Shown: positions 1 through 13,600, counted from the stretch's first letter. The stretch: 64,000 nt of DNA from Octopus vulgaris (GCA_951406725.2 OX597827.1:48608001-48672000); one strand, 5' to 3'. Notes: generated from the sequence alone by a model not told the origin. Made by a program: numbers and translations.

Positions 1-830
1 TTAGTAGGTGAACTGGTTGGAAAGAAAGCGAGGAAAGCAGACGGACAGAAGGAGACATGGTAAAAGCGGAGGACTGAAGGCGAAATTAAAACTTTGTGTA
101 AAGGTTTGAGTCACATAAACGAATAGCCGAAAGGACAATGCAAAAAGGCTAAAAATGGTGCAAGGATATATCTTGATGCCAAATAGAAAAGAAAGGGTTC
201 AAAACTGTTATCGAAACACTAAAACAATGTGTGAGGGCAAAAACGTTAAAGGTGCGCCGTTACACGGATCGCATATCGCAGTTCCAGCAAAACCGGTTCT
301 TCTCAAATAACAAAAAGCAGATTTTTTTAAGAGCTTAGGAGGGGATACCGAAAATAATATACCTCCTGAGCAGAGGAAGCCTGTAAATAATATCTGGGGC
401 AAGAAGTTTCGCGCCACCACGATGCTGAGTGGACTCATTCCGTGAAATCCGATCCCCAACACCCGGAGTCTCTAACACACGACAGGACCATGTGTGCATG
501 ACAACGGAAGATGTAATTGCACAAGTATTAAAACTGACAAATTAAAATTGGCATAACAAGACGGAATTCAAGGCTACTGGCTCAAGTAGTTTAGATCAAC
601 AAACAAAAGGATTGCATTGCAATTAGACAATTACCTGTAGAATGGTACAGTTTTGGCGTGGATTGTAGAGGGACAGATAACATTGTTGATGAAAGATTGG
701 TCAATGGGCAGTGAGGCTGGCGATTACCGACCAATTGCTTGTCTCAACCTCCTGTGGAAAGTGTTAATAGGCATCCTCGCCAGGAAAATATATACGCTCC
801 TTGCGGAAAACAATCCACATTATTAAGAAC
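1..830 (+). mobile_element. Decayed R4/Dong-clade non-LTR retrotransposon fragment (pre-RT and RT N-terminal region)
   Basis: Manual translation: RRYTDRISQFQQNRFF (~255-300), GIQGYWLK*F (~563-592), WIVEGQITLLMKD...DYRPIACLNLLWKVLIGI (~659-776). These match typical R4/Dong pre-RT and RT motifs; stops and frameshifts are present. Confidence 0.85.
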
Positions 831-1115
831 ATGGTAGTAGAAGGTCCTTCTCCATGGGCAGATTTTTTATCACTGGGTTCACTTTGCTATTTAGAATTAT
901 CAACGGGGAGGGTTTTTTTTTTAGTTCAGTGGCGACAAACAAGAATCTTTCTATTTATAGATTGAGGAAGTGGTAGTACAAATATTAGAACCATAAATCC
1001 AACCCTATTATGATGAATTTAACTTTGGCACATTTGAATGTATTTTAGCTAAAGTTAGTGGCCTGAAGCTAGTGGTGTAGGGAGAATAGAAACTCCTAAT
1101 GCTCTATATATATGT

Positions 1116-1194
<79 letters not shown>

Positions 1195-1236
1195 CATATA
1201 TATCAAATATAAATTAAAAACAGAACACAATGGATA

Positions 1237-1329
1237 TCGCGATACAGTGTTTCAAGCTTTATAAACAATCCGTTATTACATCAATGTATTATTGATATAA
1301 AAGATGGTTTAACGCTCTCTTCACCGCAA
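1237..1329 (-). ncRNA. Degenerate hammerhead-ribozyme-like motif with long stem II, next to (TA)/(TG)n
   Basis: Minus strand reads TTGCGG-TGAAGA-GAGC...(extended hairpin)...GCTT-GAAA-CACTG-TA-TCGCGA. Stem I TTGCGG/TCGCGA pairs; core C3 is missing. Confidence 0.5.
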
Positions 1330-1839
1330 ACATTGTTAGTCCAAAGATTAGATCACAATATAAAAAATATGAAAAGTACATGTAGTATTACCCATTATAA
1401 TACGTTTATCATATCTTCTTGAAAAAGTGTATTTGTAAAATTTCCTAAGTGTATAAATGTATAAAGATTCATTGCATTTCGAAAATAGTACCCATGCTGT
1501 ATCACCAATCAGCATAGAGAGAATGTTAGATAGATTGGAATGAGTTTATATTTAATTTTCTTTTATAAGATAGGAAAAATAAGATAGAAAGAAAAAATAG
1601 AGAGAGAAAAATGGGCAGATTTTCTAAATCCAATAAATCTTTATAGAAAAGGGAGAAAGATTAACAGAGGGGAAAAAAATAAGTTGTTGCAGTTTTGCAA
1701 CCGGGAAAACACCTACGAAGATGCATTCTGATGAAGAAACACAATATATCTCAGAACTAGGCGAAACGAAATCACTCCAAAAGTGACAGCGAGAGCTAGA
1801 TCTCAGTATTTCCCTCTTGTTCCTGCTTGCCAAATGTAC

Positions 1840-1900
<61 letters not shown>

Positions 1901-1901
<1 letters not shown>

Positions 1902-2986
1902 ATGTAGGATAAAATTTTTTCGAAAAAAATTATTTTCCAAAAAAACAATTTTATCAATGGCCAGCATATTAAAAAATACCTTTAAAGGTTAAAATTATAA
2001 ACAATTCATAAATAAGGGCAAACGAAAAACTTTCTAATGCCAAATATGCCGAGAAATTGGACATATTGTCCATTAACCATATAATTTTTTCACAATACGC
2101 ACGTTACTCGAAAAAAGGTGGACAGAAATTTCTAAAAAATTCCATTATTACCATATCGGACCGATTTCAGGGTTAGCTTATAACAGCCCTCCCTTCGTCA
2201 GTGATACATGTGGCAAAAGAAATAATTGAGATACTTACTCATACCCATGGAAGAAGCGAACACTAAGTCATGAGCACAATTAAGTACCCCAAATACATCC
2301 AAAATAGAAATACCCCAGCCCATTCGAGACACGTGCGATTTGAACTGATGCTCTCACAGAGTGAAAGAGTCCGGAAGTGAACGCCTAAATTTATATATCT
2401 AATGTAGGATAAAATTTTTTTTTTTTTTAATTATTTTCCAAAAAAAAAATTTTTGGAAAATGGCCAGCATATTAAAAAATACCTTTAAAGGTTAAAATTA
2501 TAAACAATTCATAAATAAGGGCAAACAAAAAAATTTCTAATGCCAAATATGCCGAAAAATTGGACATATTGTCTATTAACCATATAATTTTACATTAGAT
2601 ATATATATTTAAGCGTTCACTTCCGGATTCTTTCACTCTGTGAGAGCATCAGTTCAAATCGCACGTGTCTCGAATGGGCTGGAGTATTTCTATTTTGGAT
2701 GTATATGGGGTACTTAATTGTGCTCATGACTTAGCGTTCGCTTCTTCCATGGGTATGAGTAAGTATCTCATTTATTTATTTTGCCACATGTATCACTGAC
2801 GAAGGGAGGGCTGTTATAAGCTAACCCTGAAATCGGTCCGATATGGTAATAAATTTTTTAGAAATTTCTGTCCACCTTTTTTCGAGTAGCGTGCGTATTG
2901 TGAAAAAATTATATGGTTAATGGACAATATGTCCAATTTTTCGGCATATTTGGCATTAGAAATTTTTTCGTTTGCCCTTATTTATG

Positions 2987-2990
<4 letters not shown>
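1901..2990. mobile_element. Non-coding ~500-bp hammerhead-bearing unit (PLE pLTR/retrozyme-like): 1.4 tandem copies followed by an inverted copy, between (TA)n tracts
   Basis: AATGTAGGATAAAATTTTTT occurs at 1901 and 2401 (period 500). 2591-2990 is the reverse complement of ~2003-2406. CTGACGA...GAAA core at 2796-2832 (+) and 2152-2210 (-). Confidence 0.85.
2787..2845 (+). ncRNA. Type I minimal hammerhead ribozyme motif (second copy 2152-2210 on minus strand)
   Basis: TATCA-CTGACGA-AGGG(agggctgttataagctaa)CCCT-GAAA-TCGG-TC-CGATA: canonical core, stem II AGGG/CCCT, GUC triplet, stem I TATC/GATA with an A-C mismatch next to the core. Confidence 0.7.
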
Positions 2991-3050
<60 letters not shown>

Positions 3051-3428
3051 CAACTAGTTGGTTGTCACATATTATATTTATAGATAAATTCCTATGTTTT
3101 GCATAATATCGAGGTATCATTAATTCTTTTGTTGTTAAGATACATATGCGTGTGTGTGTGTGTGTGTGTTTACATACACTCACAAAAATAAGTGTTAGCA
3201 TGAATAATGCTTATCATCTATAGATACAGATATATACGTTGTATGTAACACAAGCTGTGTCAGATTTAAACGGTCTGGGCATCAACCTTAATGTACAAAT
3301 ATCTATATGTTTGTTTTTAAACACAGCACGTCCATAAGAGATTTTATCTGACAGGCGAGTACCGCTGTCATATTGTCTTTTAAGCTGCATTTACAGTATC
3401 ATGCACACACAGAGACTTACACCTACAC

Positions 3429-3498
<70 letters not shown>

Positions 3499-3642
3499 CA
3501 TAGGAAGTTATCCGAGACTTTTATTGTTTGGCACAAATAAAACATTGGAAAAATAGCTTAATCAGGTAAAGAAATAGAAAACGCATGAAGGTGATATGTG
3601 TGTGTGTTTATGTATGCATGTATGTATGTATATAGTGATAGC

Positions 3643-3818
<176 letters not shown>

Positions 3819-4544
3819 GTGTGAGTATACTAATATGTATTTACGTACGTATATATACATGTGTAAATGTTTATACTTATGCATGTATGTATGTATTCAA
3901 TAGTTTCATTTCCGCCAAAGTGTACGAATTAAGCTAGTGGTCAAACAACACATCAATATATTAAATCCTGACCTCGCATTTGAAAGAGCGGTAATCTGCC
4001 AATGCACTGAGACCGAGGTAATTGATCACAAAATGCGTATTAGATATGTCTTTTAACTCGACCTCATCTGATACACATTTGCCATTGAGGGAGAGAAGGA
4101 AAAGAAAAGATGAGAGATAGAACGCGAGATGTAGTGCAACCCAGAGAGACAGAATATTCATTACATTAGATTGGTTTTTGTCGTTGAATAAAGAGAATAC
4201 TTAAGTAAATGCTTTCGTAAATACAGGGACAGATGTTATGGGGGATTTGGTACTTTGGAAGGATTCATGAAGCGGTCGTTTCTGTAACTTTTGCAAAAAT
4301 CCACATAGGGAAAATATAACCTGAGAATAATATTGATTTTATATCGTTCTTCAAAGATCTATTCCGATGGCAAGCACGTTCCTAAGCTTTATAGATCGGA
4401 AATATGTTTACACGTTCTCTCGGTGCGGAGAAATTTTTGCATCTCACTGTCATCAAAGCTTTAAACTGTAAGAGAGTTAAAAGTTATCAATATATATTTA
4501 CATAAATGCAAGTGTAATGATGTATTTATATATGTATGTCCATT

Positions 4545-4627
<83 letters not shown>

Positions 4628-4670
4628 ATGTATATATATATATATCCATTTACCTGTGTGGTTATATATA

Positions 4671-4734
<64 letters not shown>

Positions 4735-5929
4735 AACATAGATGGATAGATAGATAGATAGGTAGAAACATAGAGATATAGCAACGCACACTTAAATATT
4801 TTACATATTATATATCTTTTACTTCTAAGACTTCTTTCCGTTTGAACATATCGATATTTTGGCAGGGTTCATATAATAACATAGAAATTGCGGCATATCA
4901 TGTAATATTTTGTTATGCAGTTATGTAGCCATGTATATCATGCGAAGTTATGTAAAGGGGAAAATGACACGTAATATCATCACACCATTACAGTTTATAG
5001 AATTAGTATTTGACACAATGACGTCTTAGTAAGACAACCGTGTAATTGTATTGACATGTCCCGTCTATCATAGTGGCTTCCTTATCGATAACACATAGAA
5101 TATAGAAAGTATTGATATGTAATATGTATTTTCCTTCACAATACATTTATTTCTAGTTTGTGTTTTAATGATCTCTGCATTAAACGTAATACAAAATCAA
5201 CAATAGCGTTTTAGCGAATGCCATTAGATAACTGCATTTACGCCATTAGAATTTATCGGTACTATCTTTACAACTAACCGCTGCGACCGCTAGGGAAAAA
5301 AGGGAGAGAGAATACGCGAAACACAACGAAATATCAAAAGTTAACTGACAAATTATGATCACCCAACCAGAACGCCTAACCTATATAGAAACTTTTATAT
5401 ATCAAGCAACATTCCTACAAACTAGATGTAAATAATAAATCATTATGTGAAGTTAATAGTCTTTTGTCTGCTTTTTGAATGGCTAATAGGTTATTTTCAC
5501 GCTGCAGTTGTTTTAATTTCCACAAACGATATCAGATCAAGTAAGCCTCCCAAATACTTTTATTCATCAACTAGTGTACAATCTCCAATACTTTCTTTGT
5601 TATTACTTCATCAACGCTTTGCTTATAATGGTATACTAAGACGGAAACATGACTGGATTCGGCAAAACATTAGCTATTCAATAATATTAATTTTCCTTTA
5701 TCATGTAGCAATTTGTAGTAATGTCCTCTCTTTTATATATTTTATCTGAAACTTAATTTTTGTTTTTCGTATGGATATTAATGAACGAAATGTATATTCA
5801 TTTAATCATGTCAAACTTGTGAATACAATGTAACGATCCAGTGAAGAAATATTTGTCAACAAGTCACATCGAAGAAATTGGCACTGCGTAAAACATATGG
5901 GCTGTTATATGTGTGCGTACATATATATA

Positions 5930-6102
5930 GTGAGAATTTTATAAAAAAAAAACAAAAGATGAATACAGGTGTGTAAACATCAAACAGCTGTATTAGTTTA
6001 AGGCTCGGGAAGTGAGAAAGTCTTTTACGTTTCAAGCCTACGCTTTTCGACAGAAAGGAACACAGAAATAAGCAGGGAGAGAAAATGGAGAATAGAAAAT
6101 GG

Positions 6103-6150
<48 letters not shown>

Positions 6151-6319
6151 GGAATTCTATAAAACAAAACAAAAGATGAATACAGATGTGTAAACAACAA
6201 CCAGATATATTAGTTTAACGCTCGGGAAGTGAGAAAATCTTTTACGTTTCGAGCCTACGCTCTTCGACAGAAAGGAACACAGAAATAAACAGGGAGGGAA
6301 AATGGAGAATAGAAAATAG

Positions 6320-6361
<42 letters not shown>

Positions 6362-6690
6362 GGAATTTACAAAAAAAAACACAAAAGACGAATACAGGTG
6401 TGTAAACAACAGGCAGATGTATTAGATTAACGCTCGGGAAGTGAGAAAGTCCTTTACGTTTTGAGCCCACGCTCTTCAAGAGAAAGGAACAGAGAAAGAA
6501 ACAGGGAGATAAAATAGAAAGGTTTTGGTGGCTAGCGATCTATCATGGCGAATGCCGGACAGAAAGCTCACACAGGAGAGCTAGGAGGAAGGGGAGATAA
6601 TAATGTAGTGTCGATCCCAAATGAAGGTGCGCGTGGGTATGTATGTGAGAACGTGTATGTGCGTGTAGAAGGGGGCTGCTGACCCTGACT
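5930..6690 (-). mobile_element. Three tandem ~175-bp units separated by (TA)n, each with a hammerhead-like motif; third unit extends further
   Basis: Units start at 5930, 6148 and 6359. Minus-strand motif CTTT-CTGTCGA-A-GAGC-GTAG-GCTC-GAAA-CG-TA-AAAG at 6239-6274; variants at 6022-6057 and ~6451-6486. Confidence 0.75.
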
Positions 6691-6699
6691 TGTGCCTGT

Positions 6700-7705
6700 G
6701 TTCATGTGTAGGTGTGTGGTTGGTGTTGTAGGTGCTGGGAAGTGGTCAGTACTAGTGTGTGCGGGGTGGTATGATATGGTGTGGTGTAGCGGTTTGTGGT
6801 GTTGTGGTGTATGGGGAGGTGGAGTGGGGTGGCGGCGTGTGGTCTGGTGGTGTGAGGAGTGGTGTGGTGGTGTTGGGGTGCAGGGGCGCGAGAGTGGGTG
6901 AGGTATTTCTGTTTCTTTGTTTGTGTGTGTGTATGCGCGTGTGTGTGTGTGTGTTTGTGTGTGTGCTGAACGGGAGATGTAGTTTCATTCCTGGAGCGAA
7001 GATAAGTCATGTTCTTGAACAAATCATTTCGTTTCACGTCGCTCTACAATCACTTCGACATTTGAAGTGTAAACTGTATACCTTTACAGTGTACTATGTT
7101 ATTATGCATTTTCTTTCCTCACAGTTTATTCAAACCGTGTATCAATTTATCAGTATGTATGCTGGCGTGTTTCAATAGTTCTCTTTGGAACAAACTGATT
7201 TTCCAAAACTGGAGAGAGATATGCTACAGAACATTTATAAAATCAAACAAGCTATTCACAAGTGCGTCTCTACGAATCCATCAGAGGTTTGGGCTCCAAT
7301 GAACGATGTGTGTCTGTGTGAGTGTGGTTGTGTGTGTTGTTGTGTGTGTGTATGCGTGTGTGAATGTGCGTGTGAGTGTATGTGATCGTGATTGTGTATG
7401 GGTATGTGCCTATGTGTGTATGTGTGTGAAATGTGTGCGCGAGTGTATATGTATGTGTGTGAGTATGTATGTCTGTGTGTGTGTGCAAGTGTGCATGTGT
7501 GTGTGAGTGCGTGTGTATGTATGTATGTGTGTGTATGTATGTGTGGGGGAGTGTGTGTGTGAATGTGTGTATATATATGTGGGGAAGTGTGTGTGAAAGC
7601 GTGTATGTATGTGTGAGTCTGTGTGAGAGTGTATGTGTGTGTGAATATGTGAGTGTGTGTGTGAGTGTGTATGTGTTTGTGAATGTGTATGTGTGTGTGT
7701 GGCTT
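6700..7705. repeat. Degenerate GT-rich/(TG)n low-complexity tracts (6700-6965 and 7305-7705)
   Basis: Direct reading. Confidence 0.9.
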
Positions 7706-8145
7706 TGATTACAGCCTATTTATGTAGGATCAAGGAATATGAACGTGAAGCACACCAGAAATTGGCGAGACCGAATGACGCAACACAGAGAGTTAAGTAA
7801 TTCATTACCATAACACGAAATGCACCGATGAGGGAAGTTTACTGCTGTTAGGAAATATTCCAATAGCATCGAAAATTATCCATCGATGACTGGAAACTTA
7901 AGCGAGGCGTAAAGACATAATAAAATACCATTTTCCTGTCTGCACATGGACCATTTTCACAATAATTTATTCTCTCTTCTTCATTTAAATTATTTTGTTT
8001 CTATTATCGCTTTTCCTTTTCCGCCTATCCTCTCTTCCAAAATATTGCAGAGAAATTGGTTAATTTACGAATTCGTCCTAAATTATTTTCCCTACATTAT
8101 AATTAGCTGGATCTCCATTAAACGATGCAAATATTTTGCTCTTTT

Positions 8146-8335
8146 AAGGCGCGAATAGAATTGTTAGCGCGCCGGGCAAAATGCTTAGCGGCATTTCGTC
8201 AGTCTTTATGTTCTGAGTTCAAATTCAGCAGAAGTCGACATTACGTTTTGTCAAATTGATTACTTGGATCAATGTAATCGACTTAAACACCCCCACCCCG
8301 AACTTGTTGGCCTTGTCCCAGAATTTAAAGCAAAT
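8146..8335 (+). mobile_element. SINE family B, degenerate copy
   Basis: GTTAGCGCGCCGGGCAAAATGCTTAGCGGCATTTCGTC...GTTCTGAGTTCAAATT matches the copies at 25541-25953 and 32821-33060. Confidence 0.8.
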
Positions 8336-9009
8336 ATTTTATTAGTTAGGTATTATTTCGTAACACTTTTATCAAGATTATATGGATTAATAACTAACGC
8401 TAACCTTAAAGTGAAACACTACACAAAAAGGGGTATTAAAATAGCGTCGGCAGCTGCATTACGACACATTGTGGTAGAGCACCTAATGTCTGCTGTATTC
8501 AGGTAAGTTCTGAAAATACTGGTCTTTGTAGACGAGATCGCTATGCTTATTAACTATTGTAGAATATTGATTTCGTTACCTCATCTTATATTTAAGATCT
8601 TTTTCAACTGTCCACTCTTCCAGATTGATAATTTGGAGAACACCAACCTTAAATTTCTTAAATATTGGTACTTCTGAGTAGAAGTTTTACTCGTTGATGG
8701 ACTGCTGATTTATCAAGGAATCACTACTCACTTGTTTATTTGGTAGCCTGATGAATTGGGAGTTAGTTACCTTATTACGCAATCTTACTGTATAAAGCTT
8801 ATGTCACAATAAAAAACCCTAATGAAACAATTGTTTTAATACCGCATATGTGAATGTGTGTATGACGGAGAAAGAAGGATGAGTGTGTACATGTTCTAGG
8901 CAATTAGATTAATTCGACGAATACTTTGATAGGCAATTAATTTTAAAACAAAGAATTTTTTTTACAAAGAATTGCATTGTAAGGTTACTTTGGTCACTGA
9001 AGAACACAG

Positions 9010-9222
9010 ACGAGTAGGGTCTGAAAAGTTCCTGCCTTTAAATGTATAGCGAAATGTCTGGTCCCAACTTCCAGAGTTCTTTTGCAGGCTTAGAAAAGCT
9101 GAAGACCCGCAGCTATAAATGTGTGAATCTGAGAGAGGAATATGTGGAATAAAATTATAATTAACTAATCCGTCTGTATTTACTTTTACTTAATTCGAGG
9201 AACTTTTGGGTAATCCCTCGTA
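9010..9222 (+). mobile_element. Mariner-derived MITE
   Basis: Imperfect TIRs ACGAGTAGGGTCTGAAAAGTTCC / GGAACTTTTGGGTAATCCCTCGTA. Internal frame FAGLEKLKTRSYKCVNLREEYVE* resembles the mariner transposase C-terminus. Confidence 0.8.
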
Positions 9223-10804
9223 GAAAGCGTTATGTTTACTTTTTTTCGGATTATCTCTATACATGACAAGAATTATATTGTTCATCTACAGCCTTGTCAT
9301 TGTTTCAATTCTTTTTTGCATCGAATGAAAATTGGTACTCTGTGGAATTAAAAACAAATTGTAATTTTTATACTTTCGTCTTTTTCCTTTTCTTCACTTT
9401 CTGTTAGTTATTTTATAGCTGCATTTCGGGCCCGATTATGCATTTATAATTGTAAAACATGGTAAAAATCATCATGCCCACATCTTCAAGCATGCATACC
9501 AGGAACAATTAGAGCATAGAGGAATATTACAAATTAGATGAGAAACTAACAGTTAAGCAAAGCAACTGCAATAAATCATAGACAATCTTTCCAAGAAACT
9601 GATCAATTTCGAGAATTTTATCTTTGTTTCTACTGTTTACACAATTATTCTTACCATTATGGCGAATTACTTGACGGGGTTTAAACTTTTAAAAACGTTA
9701 TTAAAAATAATATGCAAATTCATTTCAAGGCGACGTTGATATATCATGAGAGCTTTGGGTCAAATAAAAATATGTTTAATATCAAAAGAAAAGTAGCGAA
9801 AGAGATATAGAAAAGTAGAAAATATAAAAATATATACATGATGATTTAGTCAGGAGAATGCGTATTTATTCAGGCTAACCTGTATTTCTTCTGACCGTGT
9901 GTGTGTGTGTGTGATTAATTTTATGTTATGAATACTATTTTAGACCTTTTCGTGATAATTTCTCATATATTAAAAAGCATTAAAGCATGTTATCGTATTT
10001 TATTTTCTCATTTATTTGCGTATCGAACACTATTAAAGATCAATCAAGTAAGCCTATGATAATACAAATATATATTTGAACGGAGGTTTTATGCGTAGGA
10101 AAATGTTAGAAGAATATTATTATAGTTTTTTCAATCAGTGTAAAATCGGATAGAGTTTAATGTGCGATATTAACAATTGCATTGTCTGTTTATTGTGGGG
10201 TTGAACTATTTATGGGTGTTTATTATCAGTTCTGTCACGGTGGGATTATTTCTAAATCTTTATGAATGAGGACATATTTGCGCAATTCATTTCATATGTT
10301 TAAAATGTACACATATTTCACCGTTTGTCACAGTCATATTACTTAGCTCCATTTATGAGACGGGTTTCACCTACATATACTAACATTCTGGACTGTATCT
10401 ACTAGCAGGCTACACTTATAATAAACTAGAACGTCTTGGTCATCCTCTTGCTCTTTCCTCTTTCTTTCCTGTCACCATTACAAATGACTTTACTCCTCGG
10501 GAAACATCCACTCCACCACTTCTCATTCCTTACATTTTCTCACTCTCGCAACGTTTTCCCTTCCCCGCCTACACCAAACAGAAAGTCTACTAAAAATGGC
10601 TTCCTTGTCTGGATTTACCTATAGCTTTTGCCCTGCAAATATTTATGAAAGATTTATGGGGCCTTCAGATGCACTGGCCAAAATCTCTATTACACGCAAC
10701 CAAAAACACAACCAAAATTAAAGAGTGGACTATTGTGAAACACTGCAAGTTCAGTTCCTTATATTGCAGTAAATTAATATAAAATTAAGAGAAAATTATA
10801 TAGA

Positions 10805-10979
10805 GGCGCAGCTGTGACTGTGTTGTAAAAAGTTTGTTTCCCAATCACATGGTTCTGGGTTCAATCCCACTGTGTGGTACCTTGAACGAGAGCCTTCTAT
10901 TATAGCCTCGGGCCGACCAAAGCCTTGTGAGTAGATTTGGTAGACGGAAAAGGAATGAAGCCAGTTTTTTTATGTATAC

Positions 10980-11030
<51 letters not shown>

Positions 11031-11191
11031 TTTACCCCCTGCCATCGCTTGACAACCGATGCTGAGGTGCTTATGTCGACGTAACTTACAAAGAATAGGT
11101 CCTGATATCGCTTTCTTCGACTAACACCCTTTAAAGCGGTCCTCCAGCATAGCCGCAGTCAAATCACTGAAACAAATAAAAGAATTAAAGA
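10805..11191 (+). mobile_element. SINE family A (tRNA-derived, internal (TA)/(TG)n)
   Basis: GGCGCAGCTGTGACTGTG head, B-box-like GGTTCAATCCC, 3' end GCAGTCAAATCACTGAAACAA shared with about ten other copies in the window. Confidence 0.9.
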
Positions 11192-11192
11192 C

Positions 11193-11224
<32 letters not shown>

Positions 11225-11400
11225 ATTAATTCAAACATGAAAACAGAAAGAAAAAACAGAACAACGCGAGGATGTGGAACAAAACGGTCACGAAGGAAAG
11301 AAAGAAGGAGGATTTAACGTTTCGAGCGGAGCTCTTCGTCAGAAACGTAGTAAAAGGAAAGATCCGAGGAAGGGAAGATGGAGGAACGATACCCACGCGG
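11225..11400 (-). mobile_element. Short microsatellite-embedded unit with canonical hammerhead core, related to the 5930-6690 family
   Basis: Minus strand 11311-11347: TTT-CTGACGA-A-GAGC-TCC-GCTC-GAAA-CG-TT-AAA. Confidence 0.65.
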
Positions 11401-11401
11401 T

Positions 11402-11560
<159 letters not shown>

Positions 11561-13600
11561 ATACACATATTCATTTACATATACATATAGATATGTGTAT
11601 ATATATTAACTGTATAAATATATCCGAATATATCACTGAATTACTCTGAAGCCTGTTGTGTTATTCTTAGTCAACCTTGATCAAGCGCCAAAATCTCTTA
11701 GTATTCCTCTCAATTGTATTTGATTATCAACATTACCAACTATGTCTTTCTTCTTGGAATAGAGAGTGATTCATTCAGCTATATGCGCGGTTGCACAGAG
11801 GATAACTTGTTGAGACTAATTCGCAATTGGTACGTTTGTTCCCTCTCACTTTTTGCTGTTGGAGCATTTCCACATGAAATATCGAACTCATCCAACTTTA
11901 AGTACCACTAGCATTATATTTTACTTTACTACCCTATACAGTGGTAAAATTGTAGAATTTATGATTTCACAAGTGAAATATATCTACACTTAAGCACAGA
12001 TTTATTTTTCCTCTGTGCCATTTAAACATACACTAACAGCCAATTAGCTTCAGTTCCATCTACTGTATGTTTATTTGTTTTTCGTAAAATTATTGACAAA
12101 TAGGTTTAGTATGGTGGACATAATGTCACTTCTCTTCAAACGATTATTATAAAAGCATGAAGTAAACATTTACACCGTTTTAACAATTTTAAATAAGCAT
12201 TTCAATGTAACAGCATATCAAAAGTCTGGTCATTTCACTAAAAAGTTATGTGATATGATAAAAGAAAACATTAACAGAAATGTTGACAAAGTTAATTCAT
12301 AAAAATTACTGCTGTATCAAAATTTCAAGATTAGTATGAATTTCAACAAATTGTTTCAGTAAATTAAGATCTGCAGAATTTTGTTTTTTTACAGTGCTAT
12401 TTCATGATGAAGTTAAATATATCTAAAGGCTGTCCAAAACAATATTTGTACAAACTATTTTCAACAGTGAAGTAGCAAACAATTTAAAACATTTTCAAAG
12501 TACTTCACAATAACGACTAGAACCAAACAAGTTCGGACATTATTCATGTTTGTTAAAAGCAAAGATGATAAATTGCTATGAATTATTTGTCTAAAATTTA
12601 CCAATTATTACATAGCTTTTAATTATTTTTATTTCCTTCTTCAGTTTTACAATTGATTTCGGTTGTAGTTTCTAAAGCAAAGGAATTATCGAAAATGTTA
12701 ATCTATTAATGCGTACGTAGATACGCGAGTGTTCTTGGGCGTTATCGAAGAGAAAAGTAAAATATTTAAGTGCCGACTTCCATTATCATGATGGCTGAAT
12801 GATCGATGCGGCTATGAGTTTGACCTGGTGGATTTTCACAATTTATATAAGTACCGATAGCTTATGTGAAGAAAGATATTTCTGCTGCAGGAAATAAATC
12901 ATTTAAAGATTATGCGTTGTTAATTAACAATACACGCGGCGTGTGAGAGTTTCGCAGCTGGATGTTTCAATAGAATTAGCCTCAATAGAAAATGAATAGA
13001 GGTCGGAGTGGGGGACAGATACCATCAAATAAGCAGAACTTAGCTATGGCAGTGTTTATGTCTCCTATTACTAACAGTATTTATTGTATACAAATATAGC
13101 TTTCGTTTATAAAATTTTGATATGATATATAGTTTCCAATTGCTTCTTAGCTAGTACATCTGCAGTTATCTAATTTTCATATGGACGACCTGAAGTGGGC
13201 TCTTATCTATTATATATGCTGATATGTCAACTCTCGGAAGGGCTAATAACCATGAATTATACTTCATGATAGCTGTCAAAATATCTATAGCAAGGTTACT
13301 AACACATTTAACATGAGTTGAATTGCCATGTATATGAAATACATGTGAAAAGTAGCTGCAGGTTTTCGAAACAAACGGTATGAATAAATTACAGGCAAGT
13401 AAGATTGTTTGGAATTTAAGTAGAGGATTTACAATGTATCAGTGATACAACTATAGCTAGCGAACAGGAAGTGATGCCACGCTGACTCACAACATGAATT
13501 CGTTATGAAAGCGTAATATGTACTTTAATACCTTCCCATTTTAGTCTGCTGCAATGGTTTATAAACGAAAACCACGCATAGCCTGTTTATCATCTATCTA

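Noticed and set aside
1727-1775. CTGATGA followed later by GAAAC
   Set aside because: No convincing stem II leading into GAAA and no stem I; the 7-mer is expected by chance.
8330-8800. Possible decayed GIY-YIG (VVEHLM) and CTGATGA at ~8748
   Set aside because: Motifs are too degenerate and no GAAA follows a stem; cannot be supported without an HMM search.
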